From an uncultured Clostridium sp. (GTDB lineage: Bacteria > Bacillota_I > Bacilli_A > Acholeplasmatales > Anaeroplasmataceae): a stretch of 52,354 nt of DNA. This document shows positions 37,337-46,785 of the stretch, one piece after another (the first letter of the stretch is position 1; each line of letters starts with the position of its first letter). The position numbers and the translations under genes are program-made. Under the pieces are notes generated by a model, which ran no database searches, had not been told where the DNA came from, and saw only the letters and a list, made by a program, of their open reading frames with translations. Location of the stretch: positions 1 through 52,354 of the forward strand of contig CAZGBY010000002.1 of NCBI GenBank assembly GCA_964524125.1. The letters are read 5' to 3'.

Positions 37337-38110
37337 TTAAATTAAATTATATATAGAATCTTTAACTTTATCCTTATAAGATTCTTCTATTAAATTATCC
37401 ACAAATGGATTAATTACTCCTGATAATATCAGCTTAAACGCTTCTGTTTTATTAAGCCCTCGACTCATTAAATAGAAAAGTTCATCATCAGACATTTTAC
37501 CGATAGCCGCTCCATGATTAGCAGATACATCATATTCATCAATTAATAATATTGGAAGTGATTTAACTGCAGAATTATTGCCACAAATTATACCACGAGA
37601 CAATTGTTTACAAACTGATTTTGAATTACCTTTTTTTATAATTCCAGTTGTATCAAAGCTAACTTGACTATTTTCTAAACTTATACCATAATTTTCAATA
37701 TTAGAGTTAGTATTTTTACTATTATGATTAATTGTTTGTATAATATTAGATTTAAAATCTTTACTAACTATTAAATAATTAGATGTAATACTAGCATATT
37801 CTTCTTGTAAGTTAACTTGTAAGTTAGTATTAATTACATATGCAGAAATAACCTTTTCTTTAAGATTTGCATTCTTATAAATATTAATTGTTCGATTAAG
37901 ATTCACTTCATTAAAATGAAGATAATCAATTAATATATTACTATCTTGTAAAACATTTATTTTTATATCTTTAATTTCATCTGATATAAATAAAACTTTA
38001 CAATTACTATTTTCTTTAAAAGTAATATCTAATAAATCATTCCTACCTTTTATAATTGTATCTGATGAAATTATAAGTTTATTTTCTAAACTAATATCAA
38101 TAACATTCAT
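37337..38110 (-). CDS. sufD: Fe-S assembly protein SufD (short form, 257 aa)
   Basis: It lies between sufC and sufS. The C-terminal [13 protein letters not shown] is shared with the SufB/D family. Confidence 0.8.
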   Translation of the reverse strand: MNVIDISLENKLIISSDTIIKGRNDLLDITFKENSNCKVLFISDEIKDIKINVLQDSNILIDYLHFNEVNLNRTINIYKNANLKEKVISAYVINTNLQVNLQEEYASITSNYLIVSKDFKSNIIQTINHNSKNTNSNIENYGISLENSQVSFDTTGIIKKGNSKSVCKQLSRGIICGNNSAVKSLPILLIDEYDVSANHGAAIGKMSDDELFYLMSRGLNKTEAFKLILSGVINPFVDNLIEESYKDKVKDSIYNLI

Positions 38111-38922
38111 TATTTAGCCTCTTTTCTAGCACAGCTACCAAGAAGCACGTGAGTTTCTTTTTCATCACTTTCAATTTGAATACCAAGTTCTTTTTTAACC
38201 CAAGAATATCCTTCTTTATCTATTTTACTGATAAGTTCACTTGTTCCCGTTTTAACTATACGTCCATTAATCATTATATGAACATGAGTAGGTTTAATGT
38301 AGTCTAGAAGTCTTTGGTAATGTGTAATTAATAAACATCCAAATGAATCATTTACCATATCAGATACATTTTCCCCAACAATTCTAAGAGCGTCAACATC
38401 AAGTCCTGAGTCAATTTCATCTAAAATTGCAAATTTAGGTTTTAACATTTTCATTTGAAGAATTTCATTACGTTTCATTTCTCCACCAGAAAAACCTACA
38501 TTTAAATATCTGTGGGCTAAATCCTCTGGCATTTCAAGGTCTTTACAAGCTTTATCATATTCTTTAATAAACTTAAATAAAGAAATATCATTTCCACAAG
38601 ATGACATAGCACTTCTTACAAAATCACTATTTGTAACACCTGATACTGACATAGGATATTGATATGCTAAAAAAAGACCTAGTCTTGCACGTTCATCTAC
38701 TGGCATGTTTAATATACTTTTACCATCAAGTAAAATATCACCTTGTGTAATAGTATATTTAGGATTACCCATTATACAACTAGATAAGGTAGATTTTCCA
38801 GTACCATTAGGCCCCATAATTGCATGAACCTCACCTGTATTTATAGTTAAATTTACTCCTTTTAAGATTTCTTTATCTTCAATATTTGCATGTAAATCTT
38901 TAATTTCTAATATATGAGCCAT
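38110..38922 (-). CDS. sufC: Fe-S assembly ATPase SufC
   Basis: Walker A GPNGTGKSTL, signature FSGGEMKRNEILQ, Walker B AILDEIDSGLD. Confidence 0.93.
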   Translation of the reverse strand: MAHILEIKDLHANIEDKEILKGVNLTINTGEVHAIMGPNGTGKSTLSSCIMGNPKYTITQGDILLDGKSILNMPVDERARLGLFLAYQYPMSVSGVTNSDFVRSAMSSCGNDISLFKFIKEYDKACKDLEMPEDLAHRYLNVGFSGGEMKRNEILQMKMLKPKFAILDEIDSGLDVDALRIVGENVSDMVNDSFGCLLITHYQRLLDYIKPTHVHIMINGRIVKTGTSELISKIDKEGYSWVKKELGIQIESDEKETHVLLGSCARKEAK

Positions 38923-38934
38923 ATATATTCTCCT

Positions 38935-40398
38935 TTATTTTAAACCATGTAAAAAAATATGATTTAATTTATTAAATATTTTTTCATCGTTTGTGGTATT
39001 TAATACCAAATTAGATTCATTTTTTATATTACTTGTACCATTTAAAGATGTAAAACTATAATTTGCTTGTGCAAATAGTTTTTCATCATAAATGCTTGTA
39101 CCACAAGCAATTATATTATTATCATTTGTATTTAAATAAGATAGAGCATCTAGTTTTAATATGTCTTTATTATATATCTTTAAATAACTATATCCATAAG
39201 TATCATCATCATTTTTCATCTCGTAACAATCATATTCTTGAAGTGTTACTTTATCACTTATATTTGAATTTAAAATATAGTCCTTAATATTTTTAATTAC
39301 TTCTTTTTTCTCAACAAGTAAGATATAGCATACTTCTTTATCTTGAGGATACATTCCTTCAATAAATGCACCGTATGCACTATTTTTTCTGTTATTTGCA
39401 TATGTAATTTCTGCTTCATGATTTAATTTTTCGTTATAAGTATAAAGCACATCATTTGAAATAATATTTATAAATGGCGAAACATTTTCATTCTTAAATA
39501 TTTGATTTAATTCTTTTACAACATCACCATCTAAATTACATACATATAAATATTTTAAAGTATTCATATCATAAAGTGCAGCACCTGACATACAAATTAC
39601 AGGTTGTTCAAATGTAATTTCTCCTAACATATTTTTTAAAGTAATAGGGGTTCTTGTTGTAAAACAAGTCATTTTACAGCCTAAGTCAATCATATTATTT
39701 AATTTATATGCGTTATAACCATATACATAATTATTATCATCATTATAAATACCATCTAAAGATATAACAAATAATGATTCTTTATCTTTATTTTTATAAG
39801 GTAATTTAAAGTTATTTACAAAAAGAGCTATTAAAACACCAATTATAGTAGAAAGTATTCTATTAAATCCATAAATTATAGGTTGTGTACCTAAGCTTGT
39901 CATTACAGCTGTAAGTGATAATACTGCTATAAAAGTAGTTTGTTTCTGGCGAAGTAAATTACATACCCATATTACTATAATTGTAGATATTAATATTAAT
40001 AAGCAAGGTATAATAAAAGATAGTAAATAAGATATAGTAAAATCTGAAACTGTAAAATCATTAGTAGGATTTCCCGTTGCAGAAATATGTGAAAAAGGCC
40101 AATCTTGTCTAAATAGTTGAGTATATATTGTAATAATAAATACACCAACAAGACCTCCTATTATACTAGCAATTACTCTTAATTTAGCTTGAAAATAAGA
40201 TTTCTTTCTATCATTTTGAACAGAATATGCAGCACCTATACATGCAAAGAATGGAGTATATATTTGAGTTGCAAGTTTAATACTTTTATCTATAGTTTTG
40301 TAAAATATATATGCAACTAAAGTTATTAACAAATATAAAACCACACATAAAAAAACACTTACAGCAGTTTTTATATTTCTTTTACCTATTTTTGGCAT
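38935..40398 (-). CDS. Fusion protein: an N-terminal aromatic-acid-exporter / UPF0421-like membrane domain plus a C-terminal Cof-type HAD-like domain with degenerate catalytic motifs
   Basis: N-terminus PKIGKRNIKTAVSVFL plus several TM segments. In the C-terminal domain, motif I reads ISLDGI (canonical DxDGT), motif II-like reads CFTTRTP, the cap region reads ICMSGAALYD, and motif IV reads ACGTSIYD (canonical GDxxND). It ends 12 nt before sufC. Confidence 0.55.
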   Translation of the reverse strand: MPKIGKRNIKTAVSVFLCVVLYLLITLVAYIFYKTIDKSIKLATQIYTPFFACIGAAYSVQNDRKKSYFQAKLRVIASIIGGLVGVFIITIYTQLFRQDWPFSHISATGNPTNDFTVSDFTISYLLSFIIPCLLILISTIIVIWVCNLLRQKQTTFIAVLSLTAVMTSLGTQPIIYGFNRILSTIIGVLIALFVNNFKLPYKNKDKESLFVISLDGIYNDDNNYVYGYNAYKLNNMIDLGCKMTCFTTRTPITLKNMLGEITFEQPVICMSGAALYDMNTLKYLYVCNLDGDVVKELNQIFKNENVSPFINIISNDVLYTYNEKLNHEAEITYANNRKNSAYGAFIEGMYPQDKEVCYILLVEKKEVIKNIKDYILNSNISDKVTLQEYDCYEMKNDDDTYGYSYLKIYNKDILKLDALSYLNTNDNNIIACGTSIYDEKLFAQANYSFTSLNGTSNIKNESNLVLNTTNDEKIFNKLNHIFLHGLK

Positions 40399-40535
40399 AA
40401 GAACACCTCTTTAATAATATAACAAATATCAATAAATCGACTTATAAATTATACTATAATTTCACCTATTTGACAAATGATATGAGAAATTTTACTATAT
40501 TTTGTTAAAAAATTAAAAGACAGCCTAAACTGTCC

Positions 40536-41447
40536 TTAATTTATAACTTCATCGAAGTTAAATATTTTAGAATGATTTTTATCTAAAGATGGCACAATTC
40601 TTTCAATATCTTTATCAATAAATCTTTCCATCTTAATTTCAGGATATAAATCTATATCAAATGATGTTGTTTTTATACCATAAAGTTTATATTCACAACC
40701 ATCTTTTCTTAAAATACCATAAGAAGATATATAATAATAATCAGCTATATTACCAAGTAAATCTTTCATGTTGATATTTCCTTTAACACATGTCTTATAA
40801 AGTTCTACATTACCTTCAACATCTAAAACAAAAATGATTTGATATTCTTTGCTAACCTCAGCTTTAATAGTTATTACATTACAGTCATCTTGTGGTTTTG
40901 GCATTTTAGCTTTAATTATAGTCATAACTATAAAGTAAATAAACAATGTAATACAAATAATTGAAACAATTTTAGAAGTTAATAACTCAGTTTCATAACT
41001 AGATGTATAATTTATGGAATAATAAACCCATGAAAATATACCACCTGCGCCAAGTACTCCAGTTATAACTAAAGGTACTGCATAAGACACTTCCTTACCT
41101 TTAACTTCTCTTTCAAATCTTCTTTGACGAGCTGATTTGAATTTCATACCAGGATTTATAGCATAAATTGTTTGTATATACATAAATATTACAACAGCAC
41201 TTGATAAAACACCATCTAAGATTATATATAAAGGTTCATTACCTTGAGCAACATATGTATTATAATTGATTAAGGTATCAATACCATATAACCATAAAAG
41301 TAAAGCATCTAGTACAGATACTAAAATAATAGCCCACATTTTCTTTCTTTTAATTGAACCAATAAAAGATACAATACTTACAATTATTCTGTTCAAAAAA
41401 AATACTTCTATAAGTATAAAAAATAAATTTAATAATACTGAAACCAT
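40536..41447 (-). CDS. Hypothetical polytopic membrane protein with a roughly 110-aa soluble C-terminal domain
   Basis: It has about 5-6 hydrophobic segments and no motif I recognise. It has its own promoter and lies downstream of kinase A. Confidence 0.5.
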   Translation of the reverse strand: MVSVLLNLFFILIEVFFLNRIIVSIVSFIGSIKRKKMWAIILVSVLDALLLWLYGIDTLINYNTYVAQGNEPLYIILDGVLSSAVVIFMYIQTIYAINPGMKFKSARQRRFEREVKGKEVSYAVPLVITGVLGAGGIFSWVYYSINYTSSYETELLTSKIVSIICITLFIYFIVMTIIKAKMPKPQDDCNVITIKAEVSKEYQIIFVLDVEGNVELYKTCVKGNINMKDLLGNIADYYYISSYGILRKDGCEYKLYGIKTTSFDIDLYPEIKMERFIDKDIERIVPSLDKNHSKIFNFDEVIN

Positions 41448-41477
41448 ATAAACAACGCCTTTCGCTATAACGTTTAT

Positions 41478-41506
41478 ATTTTACTATAATAAATATGGGA
41501 TTTCAA
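41478..41506 (-). promoter_or_regulatory. Sigma-A type promoter of the 303-aa membrane protein gene
   Basis: The minus strand reads TTGAAA (41501-41506), exactly 17 nt, then TAAAAT (41478-41483). Confidence 0.55.
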
Positions 41507-41522
41507 GAAAAATACTTTTAAT

Positions 41523-41554
41523 ATTATGTGAATAATTATGTGAAATTATGTATT
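41523..41554. repeat. Three adjacent direct repeats ATTATGTGAA / ATTATGTGAA / ATTATGTATT just upstream of that promoter
   Basis: Copies start at 41523, 41535 and 41545. The array lies between the kinase A stop (41560) and the -35 element. Confidence 0.7.
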
Positions 41555-41559
41555 GTTAA

Positions 41560-42843
41560 TTATTTAACTTGAATTAAAAGTGACACTTTAAAGCACTTTC
41601 CGTCTTGCATGGTTTGCACATCGCCATTATATCTTTTTGCAATTTTTTTTACATTATCAAGACCTATGCCATGACAAGTTTCTTCTTTATTACTTTTAAG
41701 TCCTATATTAATTGTGTTACATGTATTTATAACCATAACATTAATGAAATTATTTACATTATTAATTTTTAGTTGAATTTTATTTTTCAAAGGATCATTA
41801 CATCCCTCAATTGCATTATCAAGTAAATTACCAACAGCAACACATAAATCTAAACTATTAACTCCATCAAATTCTAAAATATTTGATTCGCAATTAAATT
41901 CTATATTCTTATCTATCATTATTTTTCTTTTTGTATGAATTAAAGCGTTTAGTGAATCGTTTGTAGTATATTTCATATTTTCATTTGATTGAATTACACC
42001 ACATATTTCATCAATCAAATTCATTCCTTCTTCTGGGTCATCTTTAAGAATTTCTTTAATTGCATATAACTTATTTTTTAAATCATGCATTTCTTTAGAC
42101 GAATTATTTTGATTTTTAATCATTTCTTTTAAATATGATATTTCATTATTTAATTGGCTAACAGTTTCACTATCAACTTCCTGTTTTTTTGAATAATTTA
42201 ATACATATAAAACAATTACTGTAAATACAAAATATATAATATGTAAAGATAATAGTGTAAAGACAGAAAAATAATAAAATACAACAAAATTTTCTTTAAA
42301 AACCAATTTCATTATATAAGTCAATAATAAACAAGAAACAATTATAATGATTGATTTAAAAGAATCTAAATTCACCACTTTATTTTTAAATCTTTTTATC
42401 AAAATGTAAATAATAAAATTAAAAACAATAAATAATATCAAAAAAGACAAATAATCACGCCAAAAATTGCAAATAGAATTTGTACTAGAATGAGCATAAA
42501 ATTCATTACAAATGTTAAATATTAGATAGTTTGTAAACAAACAATATGTTTCAATTATAGAAATTAAAAGTATTCTTTTTTTTATATTTTTTTCTTTTGT
42601 GAGAAAAATATAAATATAACTAAATGGCATCAAATAAAATACATACCAACTATTTTTAAATTTTATCAATAATAGTATATATATGATCAAACTAATTACA
42701 AGTATTGTTATACAGATTTTCTTTTCTTTAAATTTACAATTATTTATTTTAAAATAATATAATATAATGTAGGCTTGACTAATAAACAATATTATATTCA
42801 TTATCAAAACCAATTCGAAACTATACTCACGTAAATTCATCAT
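41560..42843 (-). CDS. AgrC/ComD-like (HPK10-type) membrane sensor histidine kinase, module A
   Basis: The N-terminal polytopic region spans about 225 aa. H-box EMHDLKNKLYAIKE, N-box VGNLLDNAIEGC, G-box HGIGLDNVKKIAKRYNG. Confidence 0.85.
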   Translation of the reverse strand: MMNLREYSFELVLIMNIILFISQAYIILYYFKINNCKFKEKKICITILVISLIIYILLLIKFKNSWYVFYLMPFSYIYIFLTKEKNIKKRILLISIIETYCLFTNYLIFNICNEFYAHSSTNSICNFWRDYLSFLILFIVFNFIIYILIKRFKNKVVNLDSFKSIIIIVSCLLLTYIMKLVFKENFVVFYYFSVFTLLSLHIIYFVFTVIVLYVLNYSKKQEVDSETVSQLNNEISYLKEMIKNQNNSSKEMHDLKNKLYAIKEILKDDPEEGMNLIDEICGVIQSNENMKYTTNDSLNALIHTKRKIMIDKNIEFNCESNILEFDGVNSLDLCVAVGNLLDNAIEGCNDPLKNKIQLKINNVNNFINVMVINTCNTINIGLKSNKEETCHGIGLDNVKKIAKRYNGDVQTMQDGKCFKVSLLIQVK

Positions 42844-42856
42844 ATCATCATCCTTT

Positions 42857-43561
42857 CTAATATAATTTTAATAAATATTTATTTAAACTTTTAATAACTT
42901 CTTCTTTGTATTTTCTACTAATAGGAATATTGTCAGAATTATCATTAAATTTAATCATATTATTATTAATTTCATATATATATTTAATATTAACCAAATA
43001 ACTTTTATGAGACTTTATAAAACCATACTTAATTAAAGTTTGTTCGTATTCATAAAGTCTTCCCGTTGTCTTATAAGTTTTATTTTTAGTATGAATAAAA
43101 ATATCTTTAACGATAATCTCTAAATATAAAATATCATTAATATCTAATATATACAATTTATTTTCCGATTTAAAACTTAATTTATAATGATTTTGAAAAT
43201 ATAAATCAATAGCTCTTTTCAAATCAATCTTTAGATTTTCCTCATCCATAGGTTTTTGTATATATTGAAAAGTTCCTACCCTAAATATATCAGTTATATA
43301 ATTACTATAAGATGTTTGAAAAAATACTATTAAAGAAGAATTTCTTTTTTGTAATTCTTTTACAGTATCAATACCATTTTTTCCTGGCATTTCTATATCT
43401 ATAAATAGTATATCGATAGAATAATCATCATCAAGTATAGAATTACCAGAGGTATATGTTTTTATTGTATACTCTGTATTAATATTAGATTTTTCTATTA
43501 TATTTGATACTTGATCAATATATTTAATATCATCATCACATATTGCAAAATTAATCATCAT
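42857..43561 (-). CDS. LytTR-family response regulator, module A
   Basis: Receiver domain (ICDDD, FIDIEMPGKNGID, KP) plus a C-terminal LytTR DNA-binding domain (FIKSHKSYLVNIKYI). Confidence 0.9.
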   Translation of the reverse strand: MMINFAICDDDIKYIDQVSNIIEKSNINTEYTIKTYTSGNSILDDDYSIDILFIDIEMPGKNGIDTVKELQKRNSSLIVFFQTSYSNYITDIFRVGTFQYIQKPMDEENLKIDLKRAIDLYFQNHYKLSFKSENKLYILDINDILYLEIIVKDIFIHTKNKTYKTTGRLYEYEQTLIKYGFIKSHKSYLVNIKYIYEINNNMIKFNDNSDNIPISRKYKEEVIKSLNKYLLKLY

Positions 43562-43590
43562 ATACCTCTTTCTTACTTTTTAATTAATAA

Positions 43591-44853
43591 CTATATAGTA
43601 TTTTTACTCGCAGTCATTGAAGCTCTTAAATTCTTATTAACCCAATCATCTGAGCCAATCCCTGAAGCAGAATATCTTATATATAATGTATTTAAAGTTT
43701 CATCTATTTTAGAAATATCAATATTATAAAATTCAAATATATACAAACTATAAGAACTAGTTCCACTTATTTTATCACTACTAGTGATTAAGTAATCATT
43801 AGAATTCTTTAAACTCGAATATAAATGAATATGTTGATAGCCATCATTTATTTCTTTTATATAAATATTCATTCTAAATGATAAGTATTTATATCCCAAA
43901 TTCTTTAAACATTTTACATCAATACCATAATATTTATTAAAGTTAATTATATCAAATTTTTGTCCAAATGTATTAGTTTTATCGGTAATTAAATATTCAG
44001 CTTCATTATCTTGTCTTACAATAGTTTTATATCCAAAATGGTATGAATCAGCTCCTCCAAATAAATTATAAGGATTATATGAGATAGAATTACTTACAGC
44101 AACTTGTTCTATATTATCTCCAGAAATAGTTACATTCCCTAAAGAGCCAACATTAACAGAGACAGAAACATCATACATCTTATGCACATATTTACTATAT
44201 ATTTGAATTTCACCTGATTCTATGATATCAGATTTTGGTTTGATTTTGAAAGTTGTATAATTTGATACATAACTATCAATCCACTTCTTTGCACCAAATT
44301 GTACAAAATTAGAACCTATATCAGATAAACTTTTAGTAACATTGTAATCATATAAATTTCCTTTTGAATAAGTCGCATACGAAACAACACAAGCACTATT
44401 ATCAACATATCTAAAATTACTATCATCCCAAGACACAACATTAATATCTTCTAATGTCTCATTAACATGTACCTTCCAATAACTAATTACTTCTACTCTA
44501 ATATACTCTAAATTACCGTCACTATCATAAGAATTCCATAATAATAAATTATGAGAAAAGTCATCTTCTGATAATGTAGAGCGAGCATTAGTTATAAATC
44601 CTGATTTTTCTAATCCATTAAAAGAGTCATTATTAGATATTGAATTATCATAAATCAATTGTAACATAGTTTCATCTAAATCAGATATAAAATCAATATC
44701 AATGCCTTTTTCAAGCAAGAATTCTTCCTTTTCATTTGTTAAACTTTTAGTAATACTTGAACTTTGCATATCTTCATTAGTTTGAGCATTAACTGCATTA
44801 CAATTATAACATATTCCAAATAATACCAAAATACATAAAATAATTTTCTTCAT
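43591..44853 (-). CDS. Secreted hypothetical protein, first gene of the module A operon
   Basis: Signal peptide MKKIILCILVLFGICYNCNAVNA. The mature part is beta-rich with no motif I recognise. ATG 44853 sits behind GAGGTG. It ends 29 nt before the regulator gene. Confidence 0.6.
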   Translation of the reverse strand: MKKIILCILVLFGICYNCNAVNAQTNEDMQSSSITKSLTNEKEEFLLEKGIDIDFISDLDETMLQLIYDNSISNNDSFNGLEKSGFITNARSTLSEDDFSHNLLLWNSYDSDGNLEYIRVEVISYWKVHVNETLEDINVVSWDDSNFRYVDNSACVVSYATYSKGNLYDYNVTKSLSDIGSNFVQFGAKKWIDSYVSNYTTFKIKPKSDIIESGEIQIYSKYVHKMYDVSVSVNVGSLGNVTISGDNIEQVAVSNSISYNPYNLFGGADSYHFGYKTIVRQDNEAEYLITDKTNTFGQKFDIINFNKYYGIDVKCLKNLGYKYLSFRMNIYIKEINDGYQHIHLYSSLKNSNDYLITSSDKISGTSSYSLYIFEFYNIDISKIDETLNTLYIRYSASGIGSDDWVNKNLRASMTASKNTI

Positions 44854-44909
44854 CTTGACACCTCGATTAAACATTTTATCATTTTATAATAGTTTTTAAA
44901 CCCTTTTAC

Positions 44910-44941
44910 CATAAAATGCAATTTCATGGTTATAAAATACA
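44910..44941 (-). promoter_or_regulatory. Pair of 21-bp-phased direct repeats, a candidate LytTR binding site upstream of operon A
   Basis: The minus strand reads TGTATTTTATA (44931-44941) and TGCATTTTATG (44910-44920), with starts 21 bp apart. The same motif and phasing occur upstream of operon B. Confidence 0.5.
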
Positions 44942-44954
44942 CAACATTACAATA

Positions 44955-44982
44955 CAAAAGAGTAGTTTAAAACTACCCTCTT
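44955..44982 (-). terminator. Terminator downstream of the ABC exporter pair
   Basis: Minus-strand stem AAGAGGGTAGTTT / AAACTACTCTT (one bulge), followed by a T-rich tract. Confidence 0.45.
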
Positions 44983-44990
44983 AAATAAAA

Positions 44991-46784
44991 TTATTTATTC
45001 TTAAGCCCCTCATATTGAGAATCATACATATCCTTATATATCATACAATTATCATATAAAAATTCATGTGTTCCCTCACCCTTAATTAATCCTCCATCAA
45101 GTACAACTATTTTATTTGCATCCTTAATAGTAGATAATCTGTGTGCAATTATAAACGTAGTTCTTCCCTTACAAACTATATCCATTGCATGTTTAATTTT
45201 AAGTTCAGTAGCCGTATCTATATTAGCAGTTGCTTCATCAAGTACTAAGATTTTAGGATTTCTTAAAAGTATTCTTGCAAAAGATATTAATTGTTTCTCA
45301 CCTAAAGATAGATTTTCACCTTTAAAAGAAATATGTTGATAAATACCATCTTTATGTTTATCTATTATATATTTAGCTCCTACTTCTTCTAAAACCTTAA
45401 TTACTTCTTCATCAGTAAAATCATAATCTAATGTTACATTACTTTTTAAAGTACCTTCAAATAAAGCTGGTGTTTGAAGTACAATACCACAATGACGCCT
45501 ATATAAAGCTTTATTATACTGCTCTATATTATTGCCATCAACTAATATTTCACCACTTGATGTATCGTTGTATTGAAGTAATAGATTCATAAGACTAGAT
45601 TTACCAGAACCAGTATGTCCAACTACACCTACTTTTTCTCCTGGCAGAACTTCTAGATTAATACCATGAAGTACTTCTTTATCTTCAACATAAGAAAAAT
45701 GTACATCTTTAAATTCAACATGACCTTCTATCCTATTTGGTGGAGTTAAACCTTCAAATATTCTAGAATCATCAACCTCATCAATAAACATATATACACG
45801 ATTTGACGCAACCATTGAATCTTCAAGTTCATTTAAATTATTAAATATTGTATTAATAGGATTGATCATTCTATCGATATAATTAGTAAATGTAGTAATA
45901 AGCCCTGCAGTTACAATAACACTAGCTATGTTAAAGTATGCATACCCAAAATATATTAAGATTCCTGCTTCTGCAAGTCTTTTTATGAATATTAAAAGTT
46001 CCCATCCAAAATAGGCAGCTATTGTATTTACTTTTTTATCTTGATTATTATAATCAGTTACTAATTCTTTATAGTCATCAAGCATATATTCTTCTTGATT
46101 AAATGCTTGTATAACTAAAGTACCTGATATTAATTCATTTAATTTACCTGTAATACGAGAAGATGTTTCTCTTAGTTCGGTATAGAATTTATGTACTTTC
46201 TTTCTATAAAATGTTATCCATACTAAAATAATAGGAGCTAGTACAAGAATAATTAAAGAAAGTTGCCAAGTAAGTAATATCATACCAACATAAACACATA
46301 CTAAATTAACAAAGGCTTGTCCTATAGAAAAATATACATTAAAATATGTTCTTACACCATTTGAATCTGAAGTTATTTTAGATACTATTTTACCATCTGG
46401 TTCAAGTGAAAAGTAATCTACTGGTAAATGATTTATCTTTAAGATAGCATCTTCTCTAATACTTCTTTCTATATTCATACCAGTCAAATTTAATATATAA
46501 TTTTGAGCATATCTTAGAATTACTACTACAATAGTTAATATACTATATTGTATTAATAATAGTTTTATCATTTTAAAAGCTTCTTCTTTAGTTAATATAC
46601 CATCTAGTGTAGGTGATATATATTCATCTAAAATAGCTTTAGTAATACGAGGTGTAATAGTAGTTAAAATTGCAATACTTATTGCAGTTATAATACAAAA
46701 TATTATTTTAATCTTATTTTTCAATATATAAGGAAGAGTTCTTTTAAGTAAACCTGATTTGTTATATTTATCATATTTAGCCAT
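44991..46784 (-). CDS. ABC exporter half-transporter (TMD-NBD), the canonical-NBD subunit of a heterodimer
   Basis: Walker A GHTGSGKSS and Walker B with catalytic Glu (ILVLDEATANID), but a degenerate signature LSLGEKQ. Confidence 0.9.
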   Translation of the reverse strand: MAKYDKYNKSGLLKRTLPYILKNKIKIIFCIITAISIAILTTITPRITKAILDEYISPTLDGILTKEEAFKMIKLLLIQYSILTIVVVILRYAQNYILNLTGMNIERSIREDAILKINHLPVDYFSLEPDGKIVSKITSDSNGVRTYFNVYFSIGQAFVNLVCVYVGMILLTWQLSLIILVLAPIILVWITFYRKKVHKFYTELRETSSRITGKLNELISGTLVIQAFNQEEYMLDDYKELVTDYNNQDKKVNTIAAYFGWELLIFIKRLAEAGILIYFGYAYFNIASVIVTAGLITTFTNYIDRMINPINTIFNNLNELEDSMVASNRVYMFIDEVDDSRIFEGLTPPNRIEGHVEFKDVHFSYVEDKEVLHGINLEVLPGEKVGVVGHTGSGKSSLMNLLLQYNDTSSGEILVDGNNIEQYNKALYRRHCGIVLQTPALFEGTLKSNVTLDYDFTDEEVIKVLEEVGAKYIIDKHKDGIYQHISFKGENLSLGEKQLISFARILLRNPKILVLDEATANIDTATELKIKHAMDIVCKGRTTFIIAHRLSTIKDANKIVVLDGGLIKGEGTHEFLYDNCMIYKDMYDSQYEGLKNK

Positions 46785-46785
46785 A

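Noticed and set aside
44850-44927. A 25-codon minus-strand ORF (MKLHFMVKGFKNYYKMIKCLIEVSR) that ends in an ATGA overlap with the secreted-protein gene. I considered it as a possible AgrD-like pheromone precursor.
   Set aside because: It has no Shine-Dalgarno sequence. It spans the candidate LytTR repeats and the -10 elements, so most of it would lie upstream of the transcription start. It lacks the amphipathic leader and conserved C-terminal charged tail of AgrD peptides.
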